Notes: generated by a model from the sequence alone, not told the origin. 64,000 nt of DNA from an uncultured delta proteobacterium (GCA_963847445.1 CAWJZV010000030.1:192001-256000); one strand, 5' to 3'. Counted from the first letter of the stretch, positions 42,701 through 53,369 are shown. Translations and numbers: made by a program.

Positions 42701-43885
42701 TTACTTCTTTACAGCGCTAGCGCAACGAAAGCCGATGCTATCATCACGATGCTCGGGCGGCGCATGCATCCGCTTCGTGCTGGTCAGCCGTTCGGGGGGA
42801 TCGTACCAGCCGCCGCCGCGCAGCACTTTGTCGGTACCGCTCGCCGGCCCCTTGGGGTTGCGCGTGTCGGCGCGCGGAAAACTTTCCGTGAACCAATCGG
42901 CCACCCACTCCCAAACGTTGCCGGAAAGATCATCGACACCAAAGGGGCTCGCCCCTTTAGGATGGGCCCCGACGACGGCGACGCCGTCTTGGTAAACCGA
43001 GTGCTGGTGATTCTTTGCGAAGCGCGCATGCTCGGCGCTTGGCGGCTCGTTGCCCCAGGGATATTTCCGTTCATCCGCGCCGCGCGCGGCCCGCTCCCAC
43101 TCCGCGTCGGTCGGCAAACGCCGGCCCGCCCACTGGCAATAACTGTTGGCATCTTGCCAATCGACACCGACAACCGGCAGACCGGCGTGCATCTTGAGAT
43201 CCGCAGTCTCCCATTCTTCAGGCGGTTTGGCGTTGCCAGTCGCCTTCAAGAAGTCGCCGTAACGAGCCACGGTCACTTCGTGCTTGTCCAGGTAGAACGC
43301 ATCGACAAACAGCTCACGGCGAGGCGACTCTGAATCATCACCCCAGATAAAAGTCCCCGCTGGAATCATAACCGCCGGTGCGCCATCGTTACCGACTAAC
43401 TGGTTTTTCGCCTGACCTTTTAACCCATAGTAAAGCGCCGCGCAGGCCGCGACGACGACTGCCGCGGTAGCGATCATGCGTTTGACCCGCCGGCGCCGCC
43501 AGTCGGCGGCGATGCGATACACTGCGGCAGCGACAGTAGCGGGCAAGTTGCCGTCGGTTTCGAGAAACGTCACCGCCTTGAGCGCGGCGGGTAGCTGCTC
43601 TACAGCCAATTTGCCGAGGGCTACCGGCAGCAGCTTGACGCTGGCTTTCTCGGCGATGTCGAGTTCCGTCAAAGTATAGCTGCCGGCGTCCACGGCATTG
43701 GCACTGATCAAAAATATCAAGAGTTGCGAAGCTTCGATGGCCGCTCGTATGCGGTTATGGAATTCGTCACCCGCCGGCAGATCGGCGCGGTCATAGAACA
43801 CCGTATGGCCCTGATCCCGTAGCGCGAAATAAATCGACTTCGCCGGCTCGGCATCTTGGGAGGCGTAACTGAGAAATATCTTCAT
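42701..43885 (-). CDS. TIR domain - TM - FGE-sulfatase (SUMF1/C-type lectin fold) protein
   Basis: IFLSYASQD...YTLTEL; TM helix; RLPTDAEWE, GNVWEW, RGGGW and IGFRC. Confidence 0.88.
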   Translation of the reverse strand: MKIFLSYASQDAEPAKSIYFALRDQGHTVFYDRADLPAGDEFHNRIRAAIEASQLLIFLISANAVDAGSYTLTELDIAEKASVKLLPVALGKLAVEQLPAALKAVTFLETDGNLPATVAAAVYRIAADWRRRRVKRMIATAAVVVAACAALYYGLKGQAKNQLVGNDGAPAVMIPAGTFIWGDDSESPRRELFVDAFYLDKHEVTVARYGDFLKATGNAKPPEEWETADLKMHAGLPVVGVDWQDANSYCQWAGRRLPTDAEWERAARGADERKYPWGNEPPSAEHARFAKNHQHSVYQDGVAVVGAHPKGASPFGVDDLSGNVWEWVADWFTESFPRADTRNPKGPASGTDKVLRGGGWYDPPERLTSTKRMHAPPEHRDDSIGFRCASAVKK

Positions 43886-43991
43886 GACCTCCCTAACTTT
43901 TCACCCGATAGGAGCAAACCAGTAAAAGCCCGGCGATCGGGCTCGTCACCAAGCTTCTTCTATCGATTGCCGTGTCATCCGCGTGCGCCGC

Positions 43992-44981
43992 CTACCAGGT
44001 ACGCAGGGTCTTGCGCACCAACGTTCGCAGCTCGCGGTCGCCGATTTTGCTAAGTTGCTCAAGCTGCGAAATCGCGCTCGCGCGGCGTAGGTCGATGGCA
44101 CGGATCGCGGTCTGTTTCGGGTTGGTTTCATTGATGTCCCAAAACTTCCCACCGCCGGTTCTCATGAGCTCGGCCGACTGCACTGCGCCGTCGAAGACGA
44201 TTTCGCCGAATCCATGCCGGCGATCTTGGGGCGTTGCCGGCAACCAGCCCTGCCAATGATACTGCAGCTTTTTTTCGTGGATGACCGCGCGGGAAAGTTC
44301 GCTCTGCCACAGACCCACCGGCATGCCCGTCGAGTCGTAGGATCTTCCATCGAATTGGATGACCCCGCTGGCTTCGTCAAAGCCGATGGTAAACAAACTG
44401 ATCGCCTGACTTCCGCCTTTGTGAATCCGCTCCCACCAAGTCCCGGAAATGCGACTAGCAAAATGGCCCAGCGCGAGACGATGGCCAAGGGTCGCGGCGG
44501 TGAATTTAGGCCGTAATCCCAACCTTGCGATGCGTTCGGCAATCAAAGTGCAAACCGGTTCAATGGCGGCCCGCCAATTGCCGTTACGACTGGGACGAAA
44601 ACTGGCCGACTTGATACCCAACAGATCGCTCGGGATTTTGAGTTGGGAATTATCCTGACGCACCATGTAACAACGTTCGCGCCCCAACCTTCCCATGAAC
44701 AAACCCAGTTCGAAGATCACGTTATCCCGCGGCGCCAGGCTCTTGAGCTTGCGGCTGGTCGTAATATCGTCCGGCGAGAGCACCATAATGGCAAAGTCGG
44801 CCTGTTCGACCGCGGCCTCGAGAGACTCAATGTAAGTCGCGCTGAGATCGAACTTGCGCGACCATGGCTCCACTTGCGCCGCGCTGCCAAGCTCGCGCTC
44901 CAATCCCCGGCAGATCGCATTGGTAATTTTCAGCCCTTCGGATGAGGAAGCGATAAAAATCATTGCTCGATTCATGGACAT
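43992..44981 (-). CDS. Cap12/PycTIR-type TIR protein with a C-terminal beta-rich domain
   Basis: IFIASSSE, DFAIMVLSPDD, PRDNVIFELGLFMGRLGR and KIPSDLLGI. Confidence 0.85.
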   Translation of the reverse strand: MSMNRAMIFIASSSEGLKITNAICRGLERELGSAAQVEPWSRKFDLSATYIESLEAAVEQADFAIMVLSPDDITTSRKLKSLAPRDNVIFELGLFMGRLGRERCYMVRQDNSQLKIPSDLLGIKSASFRPSRNGNWRAAIEPVCTLIAERIARLGLRPKFTAATLGHRLALGHFASRISGTWWERIHKGGSQAISLFTIGFDEASGVIQFDGRSYDSTGMPVGLWQSELSRAVIHEKKLQYHWQGWLPATPQDRRHGFGEIVFDGAVQSAELMRTGGGKFWDINETNPKQTAIRAIDLRRASAISQLEQLSKIGDRELRTLVRKTLRTW

Positions 44982-45086
44982 CCTCGGGTTCCAGCCGAAA
45001 TCTTTGTTCTTCTACGCCGGCCGGCGAACGACTGTTTGGGGAGCTGGTGGTGTTGCAGCCCTCTACGCCTAGCACTCGGAGAGCAA

Positions 45087-46145
45087 CTAGCGCTTCCTTT
45101 CTTCGGGCAACGCGCCGCCCCACAGCTCCTTCATGAATCCGCTCTTCTCGAGATTCTCGACAAAAGTATTGTCGAAGACTTCGCTCGCCTTGCGGCGAAT
45201 CACCGTGCCCTCTTCACGGGCGTTCTCGATGGTTTCCGCGACCATCTTGCCTGGCACGATCATGCGCCGGTTGATCAACCGCTTGGCGTAGGCATCGTAG
45301 GCCGATTGCAGGGTATCGGCGTCGCTTATCCGTAGCGTCTTCCCCACCGATGCCATGCCGATCTCCGGCTTTTTCTCGACGAGATAGACCGACTCAGCCA
45401 ACGCCGCCACCATCTTCTGAATCAGCGCGGGCTTTTCCTTGTAGGTCTTAATGTTGCTAAACAACGAACTATAGATGAACGGGAGCCCGAGGTCGCTGAG
45501 ATGGTAGATGACGTTGAAGCCGTCCTTTTTGCCGCGGGCGTCGAGCGGCGGTTGGATCAGGATCGCCTGAAACATATCTTGCGCCAGCGCGGTGTAACGC
45601 TCGGTCGGCGTGCCGCCGACCGGGGCGAGCGTCACGTCTTTTTCGCTCAAGTTATTTTTTTTGAGAAAATCTTTCGCCAGTTTGTAAGTAAAGTCGCCCG
45701 GCCGGGTGACGCCGATCGTCTTGCCCTTGAGATCGGCGGGCCGCCTGACGTCCTTGCGCGCCAACACGACATAGGGCAATCCCACCAGCGGCGAGGCGAC
45801 CAGTTTGCCATCCATGCCGGTGGCGATGCGCGCGATATTGGTGTCGGCGTTACAGTAGAGAAAATTAATCTCATCGGCGGCCAACGCCGCCGCCGCCACG
45901 CTGCCGCCGCGCACGACGATATGCTCGGCATGGACGCCATACTTCTCGAATATTTTGTTATCGAGGGCGGCATAGAGATGAATGAAGCCGCCGGTGATGG
46001 CGCAGGTGCCGATGCGCGCCCGCATCGGCGGCTCCCCTGGCTTGGCGAGATAGGGATTGGCCTGGGCCATCTCGACGGACGCTAGGCCGGCAATCGCAAA
46101 AGCCGCGACAAAACATTTCGCCAGGTGAGAAAAGATCCAAGACAT
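45087..46145 (-). CDS. NMT1/SsuA-like ABC substrate-binding protein
   Basis: FEKYGV, DLKGKTIGVTRPG and FDNTFVENLEKSGF. Confidence 0.85.
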   Translation of the reverse strand: MSWIFSHLAKCFVAAFAIAGLASVEMAQANPYLAKPGEPPMRARIGTCAITGGFIHLYAALDNKIFEKYGVHAEHIVVRGGSVAAAALAADEINFLYCNADTNIARIATGMDGKLVASPLVGLPYVVLARKDVRRPADLKGKTIGVTRPGDFTYKLAKDFLKKNNLSEKDVTLAPVGGTPTERYTALAQDMFQAILIQPPLDARGKKDGFNVIYHLSDLGLPFIYSSLFSNIKTYKEKPALIQKMVAALAESVYLVEKKPEIGMASVGKTLRISDADTLQSAYDAYAKRLINRRMIVPGKMVAETIENAREEGTVIRRKASEVFDNTFVENLEKSGFMKELWGGALPEERKR

Positions 46146-46525
46146 GAGGGACTCCCGATCGATCGGTCAATCTGCGCCTATATACGAGGTTTCGCTGTGA
46201 ACGGTCAATGAAATAGCCGTTTGGCTAGTAAAGTTTTTTACCCATATCACGCCACAGCAAAGATCGCGCAGCAGTGAAATAGTTCACGCCGGGCGGCGCT
46301 CCTGCGCTACCTGCATGATCTCGTTCTTGAGATCCGGATGGGCATTGAGATGCAAATATCGACCGCAGCTTCGTCATAGATGATCGGGGCATTCTAATGA
46401 CATGCCGTCCGGCTGTCGAGCATAGCGATAGTTTAAGTTGACATCGGCGGACCGGGTTGGATACTGTCGCTAGCGAAGCCAGAGCACTGACAAAACCAAT
46501 CGCGCTGTAAACCAAGGAGGTTCCT

Positions 46526-47015
46526 ATGCCGAAGATCACCAGCATCAGCCATATCGTGCTTTATGTTAAAGACCTGGACAAGATGGTCGACTTCTACACC
46601 AACATGTTGGGCTTGGTTAAATACCGCGAGAATGCCAACCGCATGGTGTTCCTAACTCCCGACCCAGAACTCGACGACCACCAACTCGCTCTGGTCAAGG
46701 GCCGCGAAGGCGACGCCAAGCTGATCGCCCATATCGCCTGGAAAGTCGAAACCCCGGCGGAGATCAAAGAGTTCTACGAACGCTTCAAAGCCCACGGCGT
46801 GCCCATCGACCATTGCGTCAGCCATGCCTACGACGGAGATGGGCAACACCGTCTCCTGCTATTTCCTCGACCCCGAAGGCAACCGCCTCGAAGTCTACGC
46901 CCTGGTTGCCGAGCGCGACGCCGCGCGGGAAAACCGCCCGCTGGATTTAGACAAGAGTTTAAGTGAAATCGTCGCCGTGGCCAGCGGCCGGGCGCCGGCG
47001 AGCAGCGCGCATTAA
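46526..47015 (+). CDS. VOC/glyoxalase family protein, frameshift near 46835
   Basis: HIVLYVKD, HIAW and YFLDPEGNRLE. Confidence 0.85.
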
Positions 47016-47077
47016 CGACTCTCAGGGCAAAGCGGATAGGGTCTGGTTCGTGCCACTAAACGAAGCCCAATGACACG

Positions 47078-47824
47078 TTACCGGCCATCGCGGCTCGACA
47101 TCAACGGCTTTGCAATCGGCTCCAGGCCGCTCTTTGTGATGGCGTCGGCCGCCTCAGGCGACGCGAGGAATTTAATCACCGCCCGAGCCGTGGCCGCGTC
47201 CGTCGTGCTTTTCGCGATGCCGGCGGAGAACACCGAGACCTTCTGCACTTCCGCCGGCAGCGGCGTCACATGCGCTATGCCAGGCACCGGCATCAGCTCA
47301 CTCATCTGCTGGAAACCGATCTCCGCCTCACCGCGCGCGATCACGGCGCCGACGCGCTCACCGCCGCCGATGAGCCGGCTCTTACCCATCACTTGGTCGA
47401 CGATGCCCAAGCGCTGATACAGCTCCTTGGTCAAATATTCGCCGCTTACGCTGGCCGAATAGGCGATAGACTTTGCCTGCAAAAGCGTGCGCTTCAAGGC
47501 GTCGACGGAGCCAATGTCCGGCTTGGCGGCTCCGGCGCGCACGGCCATGCCGATGGCGGAGCGTACCAGGGGCGTATAGCTTTCAGCCAAAACCAAACCG
47601 TCCTTGATGAATCCGGTCAGCACGCCGTCCGCGACGATGATAACGTCGACGGCCTCGCCGCGCTTGAGCCGGCTTGGGATGGAGGTCTCCCCGGTCCCGA
47701 TGGAGGTTGCCGCGGTAACGATTTTTTTCTGCGTCAACGCTTCGAGTTGGGGAATCAGCTCAAGATACGCCGCGGTAAAAGCCCCTGAGGTCATCACCTT
47801 AATGTCATGGCTCGTAGTCGTCAT
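47078..47824 (-). CDS. ModA-like substrate-binding protein
   Basis: VMTSGAF, RLKRGEAVDV, AEIGFQQMSEL and LPAEVQ. Confidence 0.8.
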   Translation of the reverse strand: MTTTSHDIKVMTSGAFTAAYLELIPQLEALTQKKIVTAATSIGTGETSIPSRLKRGEAVDVIIVADGVLTGFIKDGLVLAESYTPLVRSAIGMAVRAGAAKPDIGSVDALKRTLLQAKSIAYSASVSGEYLTKELYQRLGIVDQVMGKSRLIGGGERVGAVIARGEAEIGFQQMSELMPVPGIAHVTPLPAEVQKVSVFSAGIAKSTTDAATARAVIKFLASPEAADAITKSGLEPIAKPLMSSRDGR

Positions 47825-47958
47825 GGTTTTCTATCTTTTCAATTGCCCGTTGGCGGCGTTCATTGCGCTTGCCTCTCGCACAGCATTTATCGCTAAGGCC
47901 TGCGAGCAATCAAGTTCTGTCGATAGACTAGGCCGAGCGGATGCGACGGATCTAAGAA

Positions 47959-48024
47959 AGATTTCTCCCCGTGGTCGAAATGACAACAACTCCGAACTTG
48001 GCGTCTTTGCGCCTTGGCGGGAGA
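47959..48024. repeat. REP-like element plus family E repeats
   Basis: AGATTTCTCCCCGTGGTCGAAATGACA then TTGGCGTCTTTGCGCCTTGGCG. Confidence 0.6.
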
Positions 48025-48087
48025 AGTCTTCGCATCCGAGGATTGTCAGTCTCCGGCATCGATTGCGCCGGCCGCGCAAATTTTGCG

Positions 48088-49200
48088 CTATCGTAATTCA
48101 ACTTTCTGCCGTTGCCCGGTCTGTGAAGCGCGCACGATGGTGTCCAGCATGCGGTGGCGGCGCACCGCGTGATCGAAGTCGGGCTCGATCGCGTTCGAGC
48201 CGGTGCGGATCGCTTCGGCAAACTTGACCCACATCTGGCCCACATCGTACGCCGGACCGCCGTCGCGCACGGCTTCCGGCACCCAGGTGAAGCGCTCCGG
48301 CACGGGCAACTCTTGCAGCGCCTTGTCGTCTTTGTGTCCGCCCATGATCTTGCGCCGGCGCTCCTCGCCGCCCTCGCCGCCGCCGATCATCGCCAGCGTG
48401 CCGTCCCTGCCGTAAATCTCCAGGCGGTGGCCGCTGCCGTGGTACGGCTGCACGCCGCAGCAGGCATTGACGATGGCACCGTTTTCGAGCCGGCCCTGAA
48501 CCACGATGTTGTCGGGCGAGGTGACGTCGACGTATTTCTTCGTGTCGGTCTCGAACCACTGCGGCACCTGGGTGGCGACGATGGCGGACACTTCGGTCAG
48601 CTCGCCGACCACCATGCACATGGCATCGAGCACATGGCCGAAGGTAATCGTCAGCGTGTTCGCGCCCAGCGTCACATCGCGCTGCCAGGTGCGATCCGAG
48701 GGGCGGGTCAACACGCCGCTGTTCATCAGCATCATGTTCACCGACAGCACCTGGCCGACGTAACCTTGCTGGATGAGCTCGCGCATGTACAGATAAGCGG
48801 GCGACGCCCGGCGCTGCAAGCCGACCATGGTGCGGAGGTTTTTCTGGCGCGCCAACGCTGCGAGTTCTTCGGCCTCTTTGGTGTTCGCGCCGAGGGGCCA
48901 TTCGCAGAAGACATGCTTGCCCGCTGCAAGGGCGTTTTTGCTAAGCCCATAGTGCGCCGGCACGCGCACCGCCACCGCCACGGCTTCGACCTGCGGGTCG
49001 GCGTGTAAAGCACTGTCGCTGCCGTAGGCGCGCGTCACGCCGAACTTATCGGCCGCTGCCTGCGCGGTATCCGCATGCGCCGTGCACACGGCATAGAGCT
49101 CGGCTTCGGACACACCCTTGAGCGCCGGCACATGCGCGCGCGGCCCCCATCTGCCGCCTGCGCCGATGAGACCTACCCGTAATGGACTTAATTGCGTCAT
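48088..49200 (-). CDS. Gfo/Idh/MocA oxidoreductase
   Basis: VGLIGA, GKHVFCEWPL and GHVLD. Confidence 0.9.
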   Translation of the reverse strand: MTQLSPLRVGLIGAGGRWGPRAHVPALKGVSEAELYAVCTAHADTAQAAADKFGVTRAYGSDSALHADPQVEAVAVAVRVPAHYGLSKNALAAGKHVFCEWPLGANTKEAEELAALARQKNLRTMVGLQRRASPAYLYMRELIQQGYVGQVLSVNMMLMNSGVLTRPSDRTWQRDVTLGANTLTITFGHVLDAMCMVVGELTEVSAIVATQVPQWFETDTKKYVDVTSPDNIVVQGRLENGAIVNACCGVQPYHGSGHRLEIYGRDGTLAMIGGGEGGEERRRKIMGGHKDDKALQELPVPERFTWVPEAVRDGGPAYDVGQMWVKFAEAIRTGSNAIEPDFDHAVRRHRMLDTIVRASQTGQRQKVELR

Positions 49201-49365
49201 GGTTTTCCTCTTCTGGTTAAGTGGTTTTTAGCCTTACGACTTCAGCGCAATAAACTCAACCTGCACTCTATCCGGCCCGTCGTAGAAGCACACACGCCGT
49301 CCGCCTGAAACCGCGCGTCTCTTCAAGTACGCCGATGTTTTCGGGCGACAAGAAATTCAAACTTT

Positions 49366-50514
49366 TCATAAGGAAGCCCGGCGAACGAGCGGATGGCCGA
49401 TCACGTAGTGCATCAAGAGTTCCAGCGCGATGAGCGTCAAGGACGCCGCTGCCAAGCCGGCCGCAAGCCGAACCTGGCGCCTTTCCTGGGGCGTCATCTC
49501 AAGGCAGGAGCGGCGGGCTATGCAGTCGCGGCGCATGCGGCGTTGACGCTCGAGCGAGACCAGGACGATGGAAGCAATCAATGTCGACAATATGAGGAGG
49601 GGCACGCGGGCGGCGCTATCGTCGAACCAGTGTGCGAGCGCAAAAAGCGCACCCGCCGAGCCGCCGCCGAAGGCTAGCACCAGCGCGGCGGCAAGATTGC
49701 TGCCGAGGCAGCCGCTGCCGAGTAAGGCGAGCGTCACGGCGCTCCAGTTCATCGCCGGCCGATCTTCAAGCTCCGACCAGGCAGCGGAGAGCGACCCCTC
49801 CGGCTTGCCGTTCAACCGATAGGCCACGCTGCGCTGCGGGAATCCCTTGAGGGCGAACGACTCGGCTGGGACGCCCGGATAGGCCGAGGCGACCTCTTGA
49901 TAGACGTCCTGTGACACGACGATTTCGGTGGCCCGGGCTTGCGCCTGCAGGCGCGCCGCCTGGTTAACGGCGTCGCCGATGGCCGTGTAATCCTTGATGT
50001 CGTCTGAGCCCAGACGTCCGACGCGCGCAAAGCCCGAGGCTATGCCGATCGACGCCCGCAGGGGCACGCCCAGACGTTCGGAAAGTCCGGGAAGGAGAGC
50101 TTGGAGCTTGGCGGCGGCCGCGACTGCGGCCGCCGCATGGTCGGCGCGTTTTATCGGAACGTTGAAGAAGGCCATCACCGCATCGCCGATGTATTTGTCG
50201 ATGAAGGCCCCGTGGCTCATCAGTGTGGTCGAAGCCAGGCGCAGGAACTCATCGACCACTGAGTAGGTGGCGTTTGCCCCCAGGCGGCCCGTCATCTCCG
50301 TGAAAGAGGAGATATCGGCGAAGACCACCGTCATCTCCACGAGGCGGCCCTCCTCTAGGTGGGCGCCGCACTGCGTGCAGCAATTCGGGTTGCGCGGGCT
50401 CCGGCGAATGCCTCGCCACCTTAAGAAAACGGCGGCCAAGCCCGAGAGCGGAATGCCGCAGACGGCGCAGTTGGCGGCGAGCGGCGGAGTTTGGGTTTCC
50501 AAAGGCACGCTCAT
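49366..50514 (-). CDS. Class III adenylate/guanylate cyclase with N-terminal Cys cluster and C-terminal TM segments
   Basis: FADISSFT, DKYIGDAVMA and YTAIGDAVNQAARL; CAVC...NCCTQC. Confidence 0.88.
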   Translation of the reverse strand: MSVPLETQTPPLAANCAVCGIPLSGLAAVFLRWRGIRRSPRNPNCCTQCGAHLEEGRLVEMTVVFADISSFTEMTGRLGANATYSVVDEFLRLASTTLMSHGAFIDKYIGDAVMAFFNVPIKRADHAAAAVAAAAKLQALLPGLSERLGVPLRASIGIASGFARVGRLGSDDIKDYTAIGDAVNQAARLQAQARATEIVVSQDVYQEVASAYPGVPAESFALKGFPQRSVAYRLNGKPEGSLSAAWSELEDRPAMNWSAVTLALLGSGCLGSNLAAALVLAFGGGSAGALFALAHWFDDSAARVPLLILSTLIASIVLVSLERQRRMRRDCIARRSCLEMTPQERRQVRLAAGLAAASLTLIALELLMHYVIGHPLVRRASL

Positions 50515-50755
50515 TGTGAGACGAAAACCTTTCGTTTCGCCGCCTCGACAATCACGGCGGCGCGAATCTTTTCCTGGAACGCGCTCAGAGGCATAGCTTG
50601 GTGTTTTCTGTTGTGCTGTTCTGTCGTCATCCGTTTTGCTGTTGCGCTGAAGTTTTGGCTGAGAGACACGATCCATCGCGGCCCCGTTGCGTGCCAACTG
50701 CTCATGAAAAATGGCGCCATGACTGCAAACAAAAACGCTGCAACTCTTCGGCTGC

Positions 50756-52351
50756 TCAGCGCCACGATCGGGCTTCGATGCGTAGCGTGCCGCGCAAGCC
50801 TGGCCTGGCTTTCTGCTCGATGGGGATATCGAAAGCCAGGCCTGGCGCGGCCGCCGCGCCGCCGTCCAGCGCGCGCGTTACCGCGTCAACGCCCGGCTTG
50901 CCTGGATTGATGTCCTGAAAGCCGTACTTGATCCGCCAGCCGCCCAGGGCCGCCGCGTCGGCGAATGCCTCGACCAGGATCAGCTCGCGCAGGATGAAGC
51001 CGCCCTCGTAGTGGCGGTTCAGGAACAGAATGCCGTCCACTTCGTAGTCGGGCACCAGCACCTTCAGGTCGAACGCGAAGCTAACCGATTTGGAAGCCTT
51101 GACGCTCTTGCTCGGATCGAGAAACACGGAGAAAAGATGCGGGCTCTTGGCGCGGTCGGGCGCGCGCTGGGTGCCGTCCTGGCCCGGGAACAGTTCGTCG
51201 TAGCTGCGGAAGATGGCGGAGTTCTCGCGTACCTCGCGGCGCGTCATCTGCCACTGGCAGCCGCGCACGCTGGCCGCTATCTCGAACTGGTACGACGCGC
51301 GCACCGTCTTGCCTTCGCCGTGCGCCTTCTGCACCTCGACCGGCAGCGTGATGTCGTCGATGTCCAGAATGCCGTCCACGCGCAGCGCGCCGAACAGGAA
51401 GCGCGTGAGGTTCTGGTAGCCCTCCTCGGAGTTCACGATGCCGTAGTGACCCGAGTGGCTGCGGTGCACGAAGGCGCGCGGCGAACTGACATCCTTGCCG
51501 TCCGGGCCCGGCCCGTGCGTGGTGGCGTTGTCGATGCGCACCAGTCCGTCGCTCGCGTCGCCCGCCGCCCAGGCCGAGAGCGCCGCCGGCCACGTTGTAG
51601 TCGCGCGGGTTGGTGCCGACCAGGTTGAAGATGCGCTCGCGGCGGAAAGTTCTGCACCACCGAGACATCGTCACCCTTGGGCACATCGAGGTATGCGGCC
51701 ATCTTCTCGCGATTGAAGTTGTTGACGTCGCCGAACGAGAGCCAGCCCGGCACGTTGCGCACGATGCGCATGTCGATGCCGTTGTGCGGCGTGGCGTAGG
51801 TAAAGAGCTTGTCCACCGCCCCGCGCGCCTCCACCGAACCGAGCTTCGTGTTCTGCAGGAAGGCCCGGCAGACCAGGCCGCCCATGGAGTGGGCGACAAG
51901 ATGCACGCGGAAATCCTCGGGCGTCATCCGGTTGTCCGGGTTGGCGCAGACCTTGTCGCGCAGCCGCAGGATCAGCTTGTCCAGTCCCCTGCGCAAAATG
52001 CTCGATGGGCGGCGCGCCCTTGCCGTCGCCAAAGTCCTGCGAGGCTTCGTCGTAGTAGCGGTAGATGACGATGCAACGGTACGGGACCGGGTGGTCGGCA
52101 CGCTCGGCCGCCACCAGGTCGTCACCGTCCACGAAGACGTCCTCGTACTTGTGGTCGCTCATCAAGCGCACCAGCGGCGACTCAAAATAGAACCGCTTGA
52201 CGTCGCCAGTCCAAGCCACACGCGACTTGGTCGAGCCGATGTTGAAACCCATGTACGGGTCGGCCACCGTCTCCTCGATCTCGCCCTGCGTGGCCGCGAA
52301 GCCGCGCACGTAGATGATCGGGTGGTAGGGATGCTGCGAGGCCGCGGGCAT
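50756..52351 (-). CDS. Lipase-like alpha/beta hydrolase (PGAP1-like), frameshifted
   Basis: PIIYVRG, VAHSMGGL, YATPHNG and RSHSG across three frames. Confidence 0.75.
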
Positions 52352-52548
52352 CAGAGTATCTCCGAGTTGTCGACGGCTTCGCCGCGCTTCAGCCGACTTG
52401 GAATCGAGCTATCCCCCGCGCCGATGGATGCCGCCGCGGTGACGATTTTTTTCGTTGTCAACGTTTCGAGTTGGCGGAAGAGCCCAAGATATGCCGCGCT
52501 GAATGCGCCTGAGGTCATCACTCTGATTTCGTCGATCGCAGTCTTCAT
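52351..52548 (-). pseudogene. Truncated 5' copy of the ModA-like gene
   Basis: IRVMTSGAFSAAYL...IPSRLKRGEAVD closely resembles the N-terminus of 47078..47824, then stops. Confidence 0.8.
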
Positions 52549-52689
52549 GCTTGCTTTATCCCCGTGGTTGCCTGATTGAGTCGTAGGTTGAGATATCGTT
52601 CCTAGAGTTTTCATCTTCGAACGCAGAACGCGCAATCAAGTCATCGCGATTCTTCTCCTCGTTGGCAGGCTTGATCCAGCGCCCGCGTT

Positions 52690-53172
52690 TCAATAGGGCG
52701 CGCCATTCTTATGTAGGAACCGCCAGTTCCCGTCCTCGTCCAACCCAGCTTTGAGATCGTCGTCGGGATAAGTCCCGGCATCGCCGGCGCTCCGGTCGCC
52801 GACTTCGAGATAAACGACGTCTTGGTCCGCTCGATTGACCAGATGATGGCCGTTGCCCGTACCGGCTTTGAAACCCGCGCACATTCCTGGCGCAAGCGGC
52901 GTCTCGCCGTGATCCGTGATGAGTACCGGGTGCCCCGCCAAGATGTAGACGAATTCATCTTGCTTTGAGTGAGCATGGCGCAGCGCAGAGGCGCCGCCCG
53001 GAATAAGGCGCGTTAGATTGACACCGAAATTGGCCAGGCCGAACAGGTCGCCCAGCGGGCGCTTTTCTCGCCCCGCCATGCGTGATGCAAATGGCTCTGG
53101 ATAATTTGTCGGCTTGGTTCGCGGCGCGGCTTCCAAAGCAACGATTGCCGTTGGGAACTGGCTATTTGGCAT
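52690..53172 (-). CDS. Cupin domain protein
   Basis: LGDLFGLANFGVN, HAHSKQDE, GHHLVN and YPDDDL. Confidence 0.88.
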   Translation of the reverse strand: MPNSQFPTAIVALEAAPRTKPTNYPEPFASRMAGREKRPLGDLFGLANFGVNLTRLIPGGASALRHAHSKQDEFVYILAGHPVLITDHGETPLAPGMCAGFKAGTGNGHHLVNRADQDVVYLEVGDRSAGDAGTYPDDDLKAGLDEDGNWRFLHKNGAPY

Positions 53173-53369
53173 AAAGCCTCCTGGTTGTTGATAGCCACTA
53201 TTGCATTGAGTGCAAACCAAACATATTACCTTCCGTGTCGAAGGCCAAGGCGATGAACCCGTACTGACCAATGGACATCTTATCTCGTTGCATCTGATCG
53301 ATGTTTGTTGGCTTTTGAATTCGCGGCGTAGGCCTTCCCCACCTGACACGGTTTTACGCCGAAAAAGAA

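Noticed and set aside
43992-50514. Pycsar system (class III cyclase plus TIR)
   Set aside because: The genes are separated by four unrelated genes, and the cyclase has ATP-type specificity residues and TM segments unlike PycC
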